Origin: Elusimicrobiota bacterium
GTDB taxonomy: Bacteria; Elusimicrobiota; Endomicrobiia; CG1-02-37-114; JAHJSO01
Assembly (NCBI GenBank): GCA_043826435.1
Contig: JBDRQF010000025.1
Location: 1 to 25,539, forward strand
DNA length: 25,539 bases
Direction of reading: 5' to 3'
Translations under genes and position numbers: made by a program
In this document: in pieces, positions 8,692-17,149 of the stretch
Position numbering within the stretch: the first letter of the stretch is position 1
Layout of the letters: the number at the start of each line of letters is the position of its first letter
The notes under the pieces: generated by a model
What the model saw: only the letters and a program-made list of their open reading frames with translations
Told to the model about the DNA's origin: nothing
Databases searched by the model: none

Positions 8692-9405
8692 TTATGTTTC
8701 TTCCGGCTCAATTTCCCTCCGATTATATAGTTTTTTCAGTTCATCTATACCAGTTGACAGAATTTTTTTCATCTCCTGTTCAAATTTGCCGTTTTGAATT
8801 TCTTTAAGTCGTTCAGAAAGATGAAATGCTTTCGGCTGGATATATTTTGCAAAAAGTCGCCGGGCTAAAATTGCCGACTGGAACTGGGTGATTTCGGCGG
8901 GGCAGCGAAGTGCGCACAGTCCGCACATGAGGCAATCAAAGGATAAATTGGCTGCTTTTGATATATCTCCCTGGATTATTGACTGGACATAGTCCATAAC
9001 CTCAATATCTTGCGGGCATGCTTTGGTGCAGGTATTGCAGGAAAGGCATCTTAAAATTTCAGGGAATAACTGGAAGATTGTTTCAGCGGTCGGTTCCAGT
9101 TTTTCAATATCATATTCGGGTTTTTTTACAGGGAAAAATGGAATCTGCGCCACCTGCATTCCGTTCTCAACGACTGTCTGACAGGCGAGACCCACTTTTA
9201 TTTTGTAACTGTCGGGTGTCCTGTAGATTGAGCCGCAGGCGCCGCAGAATCCGCCACGGCATCCGCATCCCCTAATCAGCAGATAGCCCGCATATTCAAG
9301 GGCCTTCATAATTGTTAAATCCTTCGGCACTTTGTATTGCTTGCCCATAATGTAGATGTCAGTTAAATTTTGGTTTGTGTCTTGTTTTGGTTTAATGTCT
9401 GCCAT
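8692..9405 (-). CDS. Fumarate reductase/succinate dehydrogenase iron-sulfur subunit
   Basis: CRGGFCGAC...LACQT [2Fe-2S] motif plus CLSCNTCTKACP and CLMCGLCALRCP. GGAGG SD before ATG 9405. Confidence 0.85.
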   Translation of the reverse strand: MADIKPKQDTNQNLTDIYIMGKQYKVPKDLTIMKALEYAGYLLIRGCGCRGGFCGACGSIYRTPDSYKIKVGLACQTVVENGMQVAQIPFFPVKKPEYDIEKLEPTAETIFQLFPEILRCLSCNTCTKACPQDIEVMDYVQSIIQGDISKAANLSFDCLMCGLCALRCPAEITQFQSAILARRLFAKYIQPKAFHLSERLKEIQNGKFEQEMKKILSTGIDELKKLYNRREIEPEET

Positions 9406-9409
9406 ACGT

Positions 9410-9820
9410 TTATCCTCCAAGTTCTTTTAATTCCTTTACAAAACCGTTTATTGTGTCAGCAAATTTCTGCGATTCGGAAGCGGAAATCCATTCCAGACGG
9501 AGTCGTTTTTCTTCTATACCTGCTGCATTCATCAGTTTTTTGAGCAGCACAATTCTACGGAATGTCTTGTAATTGCCTGTCCTGTAATGACAGTCCCCGA
9601 AATGACAGCCGGCGACCAGCACCCCGTCTGCACCGTTGTTAAAAGCCCAGAGTATGTGTTCAGGGTCAATACGACTTGAGCAGTTTACCCCGATGATTAT
9701 CCCATTCGGGAGATATTCAAGCCGCGTTGTGCCCGCCAGGTCAGCCCCTGCGTAACTGCACCATTTACATAAAAAACACACGATTTTCGGCCCGTTTTTT
9801 GACTCTTTAATTACTGCCAT
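9410..9820 (-). CDS. mvhD: Methyl-viologen-reducing hydrogenase delta subunit
   Basis: FLCKWCSYAGADLAG, CSSRIDP, GADGVLVAGCHFGDCHY, RLRLEWISASE. Confidence 0.95.
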   Translation of the reverse strand: MAVIKESKNGPKIVCFLCKWCSYAGADLAGTTRLEYLPNGIIIGVNCSSRIDPEHILWAFNNGADGVLVAGCHFGDCHYRTGNYKTFRRIVLLKKLMNAAGIEEKRLRLEWISASESQKFADTINGFVKELKELGG

Positions 9821-9833
9821 TTTAACTCTCTAT

Positions 9834-11804
9834 TCATCCCAGTACTGCTTCTGTCATTTTGAATATCTGCTGGTCCGTGACATTTTTCAGTGTGCTTGCA
9901 CCTGAGCCACAGGCGGAGACACATGCCCCGCAGCCCTCGCACAGCGCCTCATTCACCACGGCGATTTTTTTCAGGGCGTCAAACTCCCGCGCACCATAAG
10001 GGCATACAGATATGCATATCCGGCAACCGCTGCATTTATCCTCATCAACGGAGACAATTATTGGCTCTTTTAATAATTTTTCAGACGAGAAAAGCGAAAC
10101 AACCTTCCCGGCACAGGCGGATGACTGTGCCACTGTTTCCGGTATGTCTTTTGGCCCCTGGGCACACCCCGCCAGAAATATCCCCGCTGTAAGGGATTCA
10201 ACAGGTCGCAGTTTAGGATGCGCCTCTGTTAAAAAACCGTCCCTGTCGGTAGCAATTTTTAATTTTCTGGCAATGTCTTTTGTGCCTGGATCCGGCAGGA
10301 CTGCTGTTGCAAGGACAACTAAATCCGCATGGATGGTTATATTTTCTCCCGTGAGCGTGTCAACACCTTTAACAACAATTTTTCTCCCGTCGGTGCCGTG
10401 GACGCCGGATTTTTGATAGACCTTTGACACCTTCCCCCTGTAATATGTCACCATATCATGTTCTTGGATTTTCTGAACAAATTCTTCAAACCCTTTTCCT
10501 CCTGACCTTATATCAATATAAAAAACAGAGGCATTGCCGTCGGGCACGCGGTGTTTATACAGTGTTGCATGTTTTGCAGTGTACATACAGCAGATTTTTG
10601 AGCAGTATGCAACGCCGTGTTCGGGGTCCCTTGAGCCGGCGCATTGAATAAAGACAATCTCTTTCGGGACATTACCGTCGGAAGGTCTAATTACTTTACC
10701 CGAAGAAGGACCTGATGCAGACAGGAGCCGTTCAAATTGTAAGCCATCAATCACATCAGGATATTTCCCATAGCCATATTCCCCGAGGCGTTCTTTTGCT
10801 AAAAGTCCATAGCCCGTTGCAACAACAATTGCACCGACTTTTTCTTCTATAATGAAGTCCTTTTGAGTAAAATCAATCGCCCCTACGGAACACACCTTTT
10901 CACATGTCTTGCAGATTCCCTTTGTAAAATACAGGCAGTTCTCTTTATCAATTACTGGTTTATTCGGGACCGCCTGAGGGAAGGGTGTGTAAATCGCTTT
11001 CCTTTTGCCGAGCATTGTATCAAATTCGGACAATGTCTTTGCGGGACATTTTTCAATGCATACGCCGCAACCGGTGCATTTTTTTCTGTCCAGATACGCC
11101 GGTTTTACCTTTATTTTTACGTTGAAATTTCCGAGGTAACCGTCAACGCTTTCAACCTCGGAATAGGTCTGGACTTTTATTTTCGGATGCTGTCCGCATT
11201 CAACCATTTTTGGCGTGAGGATACACTGGGAGCAGTCCAGTGTCGGGAATGTCTCTGAGAGTTGAGACATTCGCCCGCCGATGGACGGCGATTTTTCCAC
11301 AATGACAACTTCATATCCGCTATTGGCTATGTCCAGTGCGGACTGTATTCCTGCAATCCCCCCGCCGATTACCAGTACCCGTCTGGTTATCTCTACGCCA
11401 ATCGGGACAAGGTTTTCATTCCTCCGGACTTTCTCCATGACCGACTTAATGATTTTTATTGCCTTCGGGGTCGCCACTGATTTGTCCTTGTGGACCCATG
11501 AGCACTGCTCCCTGATATTGGCAATTTCACACATATAAGGGTTTAGCCCGACGGATGAGACCGCTTTCCTGAATGTGTTTTCATGCAGGGTGGGAGAGCA
11601 GGCGGCGACGAGGACACCGTCTAAAGAATGTTCCTTTACTGACTTTTTAATAAGTTCCTGTCCCGGGTCAGAACAGAGATATTTGTAATCGGTAATAAGA
11701 GTGATGTCGGGATAGTCCTTCAGTTTTTCAATCACTTCCGGTATGTTCACTGTCCCGGCGATATTTATCCCGCAATGACAGACAAAAACACCTATTTTTT
11801 TCAT
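9834..11804 (-). CDS. hdrA: Heterodisulfide reductase subunit A (FAD, electron-bifurcating)
   Basis: IGVFVCHCGINI, NIREQCSWVH, GGGIAG, TFPTLDCSQC, QCAGSRD, YCSKICCMYTAK, inserted and C-terminal ferredoxin domains. Confidence 0.96.
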   Translation of the reverse strand: MKKIGVFVCHCGINIAGTVNIPEVIEKLKDYPDITLITDYKYLCSDPGQELIKKSVKEHSLDGVLVAACSPTLHENTFRKAVSSVGLNPYMCEIANIREQCSWVHKDKSVATPKAIKIIKSVMEKVRRNENLVPIGVEITRRVLVIGGGIAGIQSALDIANSGYEVVIVEKSPSIGGRMSQLSETFPTLDCSQCILTPKMVECGQHPKIKVQTYSEVESVDGYLGNFNVKIKVKPAYLDRKKCTGCGVCIEKCPAKTLSEFDTMLGKRKAIYTPFPQAVPNKPVIDKENCLYFTKGICKTCEKVCSVGAIDFTQKDFIIEEKVGAIVVATGYGLLAKERLGEYGYGKYPDVIDGLQFERLLSASGPSSGKVIRPSDGNVPKEIVFIQCAGSRDPEHGVAYCSKICCMYTAKHATLYKHRVPDGNASVFYIDIRSGGKGFEEFVQKIQEHDMVTYYRGKVSKVYQKSGVHGTDGRKIVVKGVDTLTGENITIHADLVVLATAVLPDPGTKDIARKLKIATDRDGFLTEAHPKLRPVESLTAGIFLAGCAQGPKDIPETVAQSSACAGKVVSLFSSEKLLKEPIIVSVDEDKCSGCRICISVCPYGAREFDALKKIAVVNEALCEGCGACVSACGSGASTLKNVTDQQIFKMTEAVLG

Positions 11805-11813
11805 AAAATCGTT

Positions 11814-12731
11814 TCAGCGACTTTCCCGTTCAGCGTTTTTCCTGTTGAGCGTTTTTCCTGTTGAGTGGCTGCTCGGGCTTTCCCGTTCAGTATCCGCCCC
11901 GCCTTCGGAGTTTTGCCCTGTAAGCCCGAAGGCCTCTGCTATGATTTCCGTAAAATATAAAATCCGTATTTTTGTATCTCCTTTTTGTAATTTGTCCAGA
12001 TTATAAAAACACATCGGACAGGCGACGGTAACCGCTTCAGCCCCGAATTCTTTTGCAGAATCCAGGATCTGTTGTATTTTTTGTGAGACGATTTCTGGCC
12101 GGTTGACCGTCTGATACGAACCGCAGCACTCAACAGAGTAAGGGAAATCAATCGGCTCTCCCCCGAGGGCACTGATAAGTTCAGACATAATTTCCGGCTG
12201 TTCTATTTTATTGTCTATAGCAATTTTTTCCGGTCGGGTAAACAGACATCCGTAATATGGAGCGATTTTTTTATTTAGTGGATTTTGAACATTCCGTGAA
12301 ATTTTTTCAAGACCTCCGCCTGCCCGGGTGTCTCTAAGAATTTCAAGAAAATGCAGGACCTCCACTTCACCGTTGTAGTTAATCTGTTCGTCTTTTTCAT
12401 CACTCAAAAAGGAGTTTATTTTTTCTAATTTTATAGAGGCGTCCGGGCCGTTCTTAATGAGTTCATTTGATTGTTTCAGTGTGTTCCAGCAAACAGCACA
12501 CAGTGTTACCAATTTTTTATTACCATTTTTAAGTGCTCGCGTAAGAACCCTTAACGGAGCAATATGATGCATGAGGTTGTCGTTTGCAAGCGAAGAGACC
12601 GTCCCGCAGCAGTTCCAATTCTGCATTTCCACCATCTCTATACCCAAATGTTTTGCGACCGCCAGTGCCGTATCTTCAAAAATTTTTGCCTGCAGTTTTA
12701 ATGTACAACCCGGATAGTATGCTATTTTCAT
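11814..12731 (-). CDS. hdrB: Heterodisulfide reductase subunit B (two CCG domains)
   Basis: YYPGC...WNCCG...CAVC and YYGC...ECCG...CPMC. Start set at MKIAYYPGC. Confidence 0.93.
   Translation of the reverse strand: MKIAYYPGCTLKLQAKIFEDTALAVAKHLGIEMVEMQNWNCCGTVSSLANDNLMHHIAPLRVLTRALKNGNKKLVTLCAVCWNTLKQSNELIKNGPDASIKLEKINSFLSDEKDEQINYNGEVEVLHFLEILRDTRAGGGLEKISRNVQNPLNKKIAPYYGCLFTRPEKIAIDNKIEQPEIMSELISALGGEPIDFPYSVECCGSYQTVNRPEIVSQKIQQILDSAKEFGAEAVTVACPMCFYNLDKLQKGDTKIRILYFTEIIAEAFGLTGQNSEGGADTERESPSSHSTGKTLNRKNAERESR
11816..11865. repeat. About 3 tandem 16-bp units in the hdrB 3' tail
   Basis: agcgactttcccgttc / agcgtttttcctgttg / agcgtttttcctgttg / ag; ctttcccgttcag recurs at 11878-11890. 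Confidence 0.8.
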
Positions 12732-12814
12732 AAAAGTTTTCTCGCAAGAAAAGTCATCGCCGAAGGCGATTTTCTCGGCGGACACTTTGCAATGGATACT
12801 TTACAATTGCAGGT

Positions 12815-13189
12815 TTAACCCGTCGTTTTTCTGAAATTGCTTATCAGGCATACCTGCGGAATCTGCTTTAGCAATTTTTTTGGAATTTTTTCTATATTTA
12901 CAAAATCATTTTTTTCTCTCTGTCTCAGGATAATTTGTCTCAATGCCTCCATAATTCTTGATATGTCAATTCCCTTTGGACACCTCACATCACATGTATA
13001 GCAGGAGGCGCACAACCAGATGGTTTTTGAATTGAGGGCTTTTTCAGCCCGACCAATTTGTGCCAGCCGGATTATCTGGTTTGGGAGTATGTCCATTTCT
13101 TCAACTACAGGACAGCCAGCGGAGCATTTCCCGCATTGATAACACCTGTATAAATTCTGACCGCTTATTTTCTGGATTTTTTCTAACAT
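12815..13189 (-). CDS. hdrC: Heterodisulfide reductase subunit C
   Basis: CYQCGKCSAGCP and IWLCASCYTCDVRCPKGID. Confidence 0.93.
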   Translation of the reverse strand: MLEKIQKISGQNLYRCYQCGKCSAGCPVVEEMDILPNQIIRLAQIGRAEKALNSKTIWLCASCYTCDVRCPKGIDISRIMEALRQIILRQREKNDFVNIEKIPKKLLKQIPQVCLISNFRKTTG

Positions 13190-13194
13190 CTCAC

Positions 13195-13281
13195 GGGACA
13201 ATTTTTTTCACCAACCTTCAATTACATTTTTTGCGTCTGTTTTTTTATTCGGGATGTCAAGGGACAATTTTTTTCACCAAC
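13195..13281. repeat. 21-bp direct repeat duplicating the mvhA 3' end
   Basis: gggacaatttttttcaccaac at 13195-13215 and 13261-13281. Confidence 0.9.
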
Positions 13282-14699
13282 TTTTTGTTAGAGTTATATA
13301 TATTTGCTACAAGGGGTAAATGCCCGGGGAACGAGTGTGTAGAGCAGGCGAAACATGGGTCATAGGCGCGATAAGCCATTTCTATCATGTTCAGGAGTCC
13401 TTCGGAAACATTTCCGTTTTTTATTACTTTTTTAGCCGTCTCACCGATTGACCTGTTAATTGCAGCGGAGTTGGATGTCGTCGGAACTATCAGATTCACC
13501 TTTTTGATAAGACGTTCAGGGGTCAGGGTGTAGTCATGAATCAGTGTGCCCCTCGCCGCCTCTATTACACCCACCCCGCGGCTTTCCGCCGACGCTATGG
13601 CTGATTTTGTTCTGATTTTGTCTGATGTGATTTGCGGGTCGTCAATGAGTTGCAGGGCCCTTTCGCAGACATATAAAAGTTCAACGAGTCGCGCCCAGTG
13701 ATAAGCGAGTGTGTTGTGGACGGGCTTTGTGTTGAAAAACCCGTACAGGCGTTCGTATTCTTCCTGTGCAATAGGGGTTGACATTTTTTCACTTACATTC
13801 AGTCGTGCAAGTGGACCGACGCGATACATCCCCTCTTTTCCCCCGATTTTTTTCAGATAGGTTTTTTTGACATAAGTCCAGGTATTAACCCCTTCTGAAA
13901 TGAAGTCAGTGTATTCTCCGGCAGCAAATTTTGCATGTTCCTTCCCCTGCGGGTCAACCACACGTATCTTTCCGTCGTAGATATTCAGTTGATTTTTTTC
14001 ATCCACGATGCCCATGTAGTATGTTTTCAAGTAGTATGTTTCCCCTGCAATGAGTTTCCTGTAGTCCGGGTTGTCAAGAATCAATTTATTGAAAATCTTT
14101 ATTGTTGATTGAACAAAACCCAGGCAGGACTCAAGCATGGGTTTTATTTGTGCAGTATCCTCATCTGTGATTGACTTGCTCATTCCGCCAGGCAAACCGC
14201 ACACAGGATGGGTCGCCTTTCCGCCGATAATCGCCAGAATCTTCTGCCCGTATGAACGGTGTTTGATGACTTCCCGGCCGATTTCAACCCCGACTTTGTT
14301 TATGACGCCCAGTATGTTCCTGTCTTTCGGGTCAGCGGTTGGCCCCACAATTAAATCGGGCGCCCCTAAATAAAAAAAGTGAAGGATGTGGTCGTATATA
14401 AAATAAGAGCAGTACATAAGTTCCCTGAGTTTTCTTGCTGGTTCAGGCGGCACCGTACCGAACGCCGTATCCAGTGCTTTTGTTGACGCAAGATGATGCG
14501 CCTCAGGACATACGCCGCAGATTCTACTGGTGATTTGAGGCATATCCTCCGCCAGACGGCCCTCGCAGAATTTTTCAAACCCGCGCAGTTCAGGAATCTG
14601 TAAATATGATTCCTTTACATTCCCTTCATCATCCAGGAATATTTCTATTTTGCCGTGTCCCTCCAGCCGTGTAAGCGGGTCAATGGTTATTTTTTTCAT
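13257..14699 (-). CDS. mvhA: Group 3c [NiFe]-hydrogenase large subunit
   Basis: TRLEGHGKI, ELRGFEKFCEGR, L1 RICGVC, L2 YDPCFACSTH followed by a cleavable C-terminal extension. Confidence 0.95.
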   Translation of the reverse strand: MKKITIDPLTRLEGHGKIEIFLDDEGNVKESYLQIPELRGFEKFCEGRLAEDMPQITSRICGVCPEAHHLASTKALDTAFGTVPPEPARKLRELMYCSYFIYDHILHFFYLGAPDLIVGPTADPKDRNILGVINKVGVEIGREVIKHRSYGQKILAIIGGKATHPVCGLPGGMSKSITDEDTAQIKPMLESCLGFVQSTIKIFNKLILDNPDYRKLIAGETYYLKTYYMGIVDEKNQLNIYDGKIRVVDPQGKEHAKFAAGEYTDFISEGVNTWTYVKKTYLKKIGGKEGMYRVGPLARLNVSEKMSTPIAQEEYERLYGFFNTKPVHNTLAYHWARLVELLYVCERALQLIDDPQITSDKIRTKSAIASAESRGVGVIEAARGTLIHDYTLTPERLIKKVNLIVPTTSNSAAINRSIGETAKKVIKNGNVSEGLLNMIEMAYRAYDPCFACSTHSFPGHLPLVANIYNSNKKLVKKIVP

Positions 14700-14701
14700 C
14701 T

Positions 14702-14743
14702 CAGGATTAACTGCCTCCGGTATCCAGGATTAACTGCCTCCGG
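14702..14743. repeat. 19-bp tandem duplication containing the mvhA Shine-Dalgarno
   Basis: caggattaactgcctccgg at 14702-14720 and 14725-14743; reads GGAGG on the - strand. Confidence 0.9.
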
Positions 14744-14754
14744 CTGTGCCGTTA

Positions 14755-15753
14755 CTATTCCTTGTTTTGCTTATCTGCTATTTTTCCCAGCAGGGAACTG
14801 ATATATGTATATTTGTAAAATGTCCCGACCGGGTCAGGGATTTTATTTAAATGTCTTTCTATTTCCTGCTCGGGGATTTTTTCTTCATCACCGACCTGCA
14901 ATACAGACGCCAGCGCTGAAATCATTTTCGCCCCCTGGTCGTGTACATTTTCACAGGGTCCAAGACAGCCAGTGCAAGGCATATCCGCAGCGGTGCAAGG
15001 TGCATCGCATCCGGCACGGGTAGCGGGACCCATACAGATTATCCCCTGTTCCAGCAGGCATTTTTTTGAATCAATCTCTCCCGGACCAAACTCAAACACC
15101 CTTTTGATTTCCTTTATATCCTTGTCCTGTTTTTCTTTTTTACACTCATCGCACACCGACTTGTTTGATGCAATCACAGCCCCTCTATGCGGCAGTTTGC
15201 CGGAGATTATCAAATCAATCGCTGTTGCTATAAGTTTTACAGGGGGCGGACACCCGGGCAGGGAATAATCAACTTCAATTATTTCAGAAAGAATCTTCGC
15301 CTGTGGAAGAAATTCGGGGAGTGTCAGTTCGTATGAGTTTATTTTGGAGTATGTCTGCGGAATGGTCTTTTCGGGATTTACAGTTGAGAGTGTTGTTTGA
15401 TAGACGGTTTTTAATATCTCTTCTCTTTTATGCAGGTTCGCAAGCCCCACGACAGAACCAAAGCAGGAACAGGAACCGAATGCAACAACAATTTTAGATT
15501 TTTTCCTGAGATGCTTTACTATTTTTTCATTTTCTGTATTCCTTATTATTCCGTTGATGAAACAGACATCAATATAACCATCAGGGAATTCTTCAAGTTC
15601 TTTGTATTTTATGTCAATCGCCACCGGCCAGAAAACGATTTCAACATGATTTAATAAGTCAAGTATTTTCTCGTCTATGTCAAGCACGGCGACCTCACAC
15701 CCCCCGCAGGAGCCGCTCCAGTAAAAGGCGAACTTAAGACGACTATCGGGCAT
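14755..15753 (-). CDS. mvhG: Group 3c [NiFe]-hydrogenase small subunit
   Basis: YWSGSCGGCE, AFGSC, LPGCPP, SVCDEC, CLLEQGIICMGPATRAGC, PCTGC. Confidence 0.94.
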   Translation of the reverse strand: MPDSRLKFAFYWSGSCGGCEVAVLDIDEKILDLLNHVEIVFWPVAIDIKYKELEEFPDGYIDVCFINGIIRNTENEKIVKHLRKKSKIVVAFGSCSCFGSVVGLANLHKREEILKTVYQTTLSTVNPEKTIPQTYSKINSYELTLPEFLPQAKILSEIIEVDYSLPGCPPPVKLIATAIDLIISGKLPHRGAVIASNKSVCDECKKEKQDKDIKEIKRVFEFGPGEIDSKKCLLEQGIICMGPATRAGCDAPCTAADMPCTGCLGPCENVHDQGAKMISALASVLQVGDEEKIPEQEIERHLNKIPDPVGTFYKYTYISSLLGKIADKQNKE

Positions 15754-16294
15754 ATTTTTTTATCCCCTCGTCATAGAGGTCGTTTCCGTGGATGTCATTG
15801 ATGACAATTGCAGGAAAATTTTCCACTTCAAGCCGCCTGACCGCCTCAGGCCCGAGTTCCTCAAATGCAATGATTTCCGATTTTTTAATGCATTTTGACA
15901 GGAGCGCCCCGGCACCGCCGGTTGCCGCAAGATAAACCGCCCTGTAATTTTTCATTGCATCAATAACCGCCGGCGAGCGTTTTCCTTTGCCTATCATTCC
16001 TTTGAGACCGTGTTGCATGAGCAGGGTAGAGTAGGCATCCATTCTGTAGGAGGTTGTTGGCCCTGCCGAGCCAATGACCTGTCCGGGTTTCTCAGGGGAT
16101 GGTCCCACATAATAAACCACCGCCCCCCTCAGTTCAAAAGGCAGTGATTTTTTTTGCTCAATGAGTTCGGTAAGGCACTTGTGGGCAGCGTCCCTCGCCG
16201 TATAAATTGTGCCCGTAATTAAAACGCTGTCGCCTGATTTTAAATCCGCAACTGTTTTTTCATCAAAAGGTGCTGAAATTTTTTTTGTTGACAT
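15743..16294 (-). CDS. Class I Fe-S fumarate hydratase (fumarase/tartrate dehydratase family) beta subunit
   Basis: TARDAAHK, GSAGPTTSYRMD, MIGKG, ELGPEA. Confidence 0.92.
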   Translation of the reverse strand: MSTKKISAPFDEKTVADLKSGDSVLITGTIYTARDAAHKCLTELIEQKKSLPFELRGAVVYYVGPSPEKPGQVIGSAGPTTSYRMDAYSTLLMQHGLKGMIGKGKRSPAVIDAMKNYRAVYLAATGGAGALLSKCIKKSEIIAFEELGPEAVRRLEVENFPAIVINDIHGNDLYDEGIKKYAR

Positions 16295-16306
16295 TGATTT
16301 ATACCT

Positions 16307-17149
16307 CTATATAATAAACGTCTTTCGTCTGCAGGCATGGCACTGTATGTTCACGGCTACCGGGATGGCAGTGATATGGCATGGGTATGTTTCAATTAAG
16401 ACAGCAAGAGCTGTAACCCGTCCACCCAGTCCCTGCGGACCTATCCCTATATTGTTTATTTCTTTAAGGAGTTCTTTTTCCAGCCCTGCATAATACGAAT
16501 CAGGATGGACGCTGTCCAGCGGGCGCAGCAGCGACCTTTTTGCTAAAAGCGCTACCCCGTCAAATGTCCCCCCTATACCCACGCCGACGACAATCGGCGG
16601 GCACGGGTTTGACCCGGCTTTTTTAACGGCGTCCACTACGAATTTTTTTACCCCTTCAACCCCTGCCGAAGGAGGCAGCATGGCAAGCGAACCCATATTT
16701 TCCGAACCGCCGCCTTTAGGTATAACGCTGATTTTTAATTTGTCGCCAGAGACGATCTCAGTGTGTATTACCGCGGGGGTGTTGTCGCCAGTGTTTTTCC
16801 GTCGGAGCGGGTCAGCCACAACTGATTTTCTTAAATAACCTTCCGTGTAGCCCTCCCGGACGCCCTGGTTTATCGCATCCGTTAAGTCCCCTCCCGTAAT
16901 GTGGACTTCCTGCCCGACTTCAACGAATACAACGGCAAGCCCTGTGTCCTGGCACATAGGGATTTTTTCTTTCTCGGCGATAGTGTCGTTTTCAATTATT
17001 TGTTTAAGTACGTCTTTCCCTGTGGGCGATTCTTCCGTCGCCTGCGCTTCCCTTAATTTTTTCCAGACATCCTCCGGCAGGACAAAATTCGTATCCAGGC
17101 ATAATTTTTTTACCACACCTGTAATCTCACTGATATTAATATCTCTCAT
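16307..17149 (-). CDS. Class I Fe-S fumarate hydratase alpha subunit
   Basis: PMCQDTG, GYLRKSVV, KGGGSEN, NPCPP, GIGPQGLGG, CHACR. ATG 17149 overlaps the upstream stop (ATGA). Confidence 0.92.
   Translation of the reverse strand: MRDINISEITGVVKKLCLDTNFVLPEDVWKKLREAQATEESPTGKDVLKQIIENDTIAEKEKIPMCQDTGLAVVFVEVGQEVHITGGDLTDAINQGVREGYTEGYLRKSVVADPLRRKNTGDNTPAVIHTEIVSGDKLKISVIPKGGGSENMGSLAMLPPSAGVEGVKKFVVDAVKKAGSNPCPPIVVGVGIGGTFDGVALLAKRSLLRPLDSVHPDSYYAGLEKELLKEINNIGIGPQGLGGRVTALAVLIETYPCHITAIPVAVNIQCHACRRKTFII

Noticed and set aside
13221..13260. TTGACA on the minus strand before hdrC as a promoter
   Set aside because: No -10 hexamer at 16-18 bp spacing.
9410..14699. Selenocysteine recoding in MvhD, HdrA or MvhA
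   Set aside because: All usual Sec positions are Cys codons and the frames are uninterrupted.
9410..15753. Evidence for methanogenesis or an archaeal host
   Set aside because: Mvh/Hdr are widespread in anaerobic bacteria; there are no mcr/mtr genes here and the promoter is sigma70-type.
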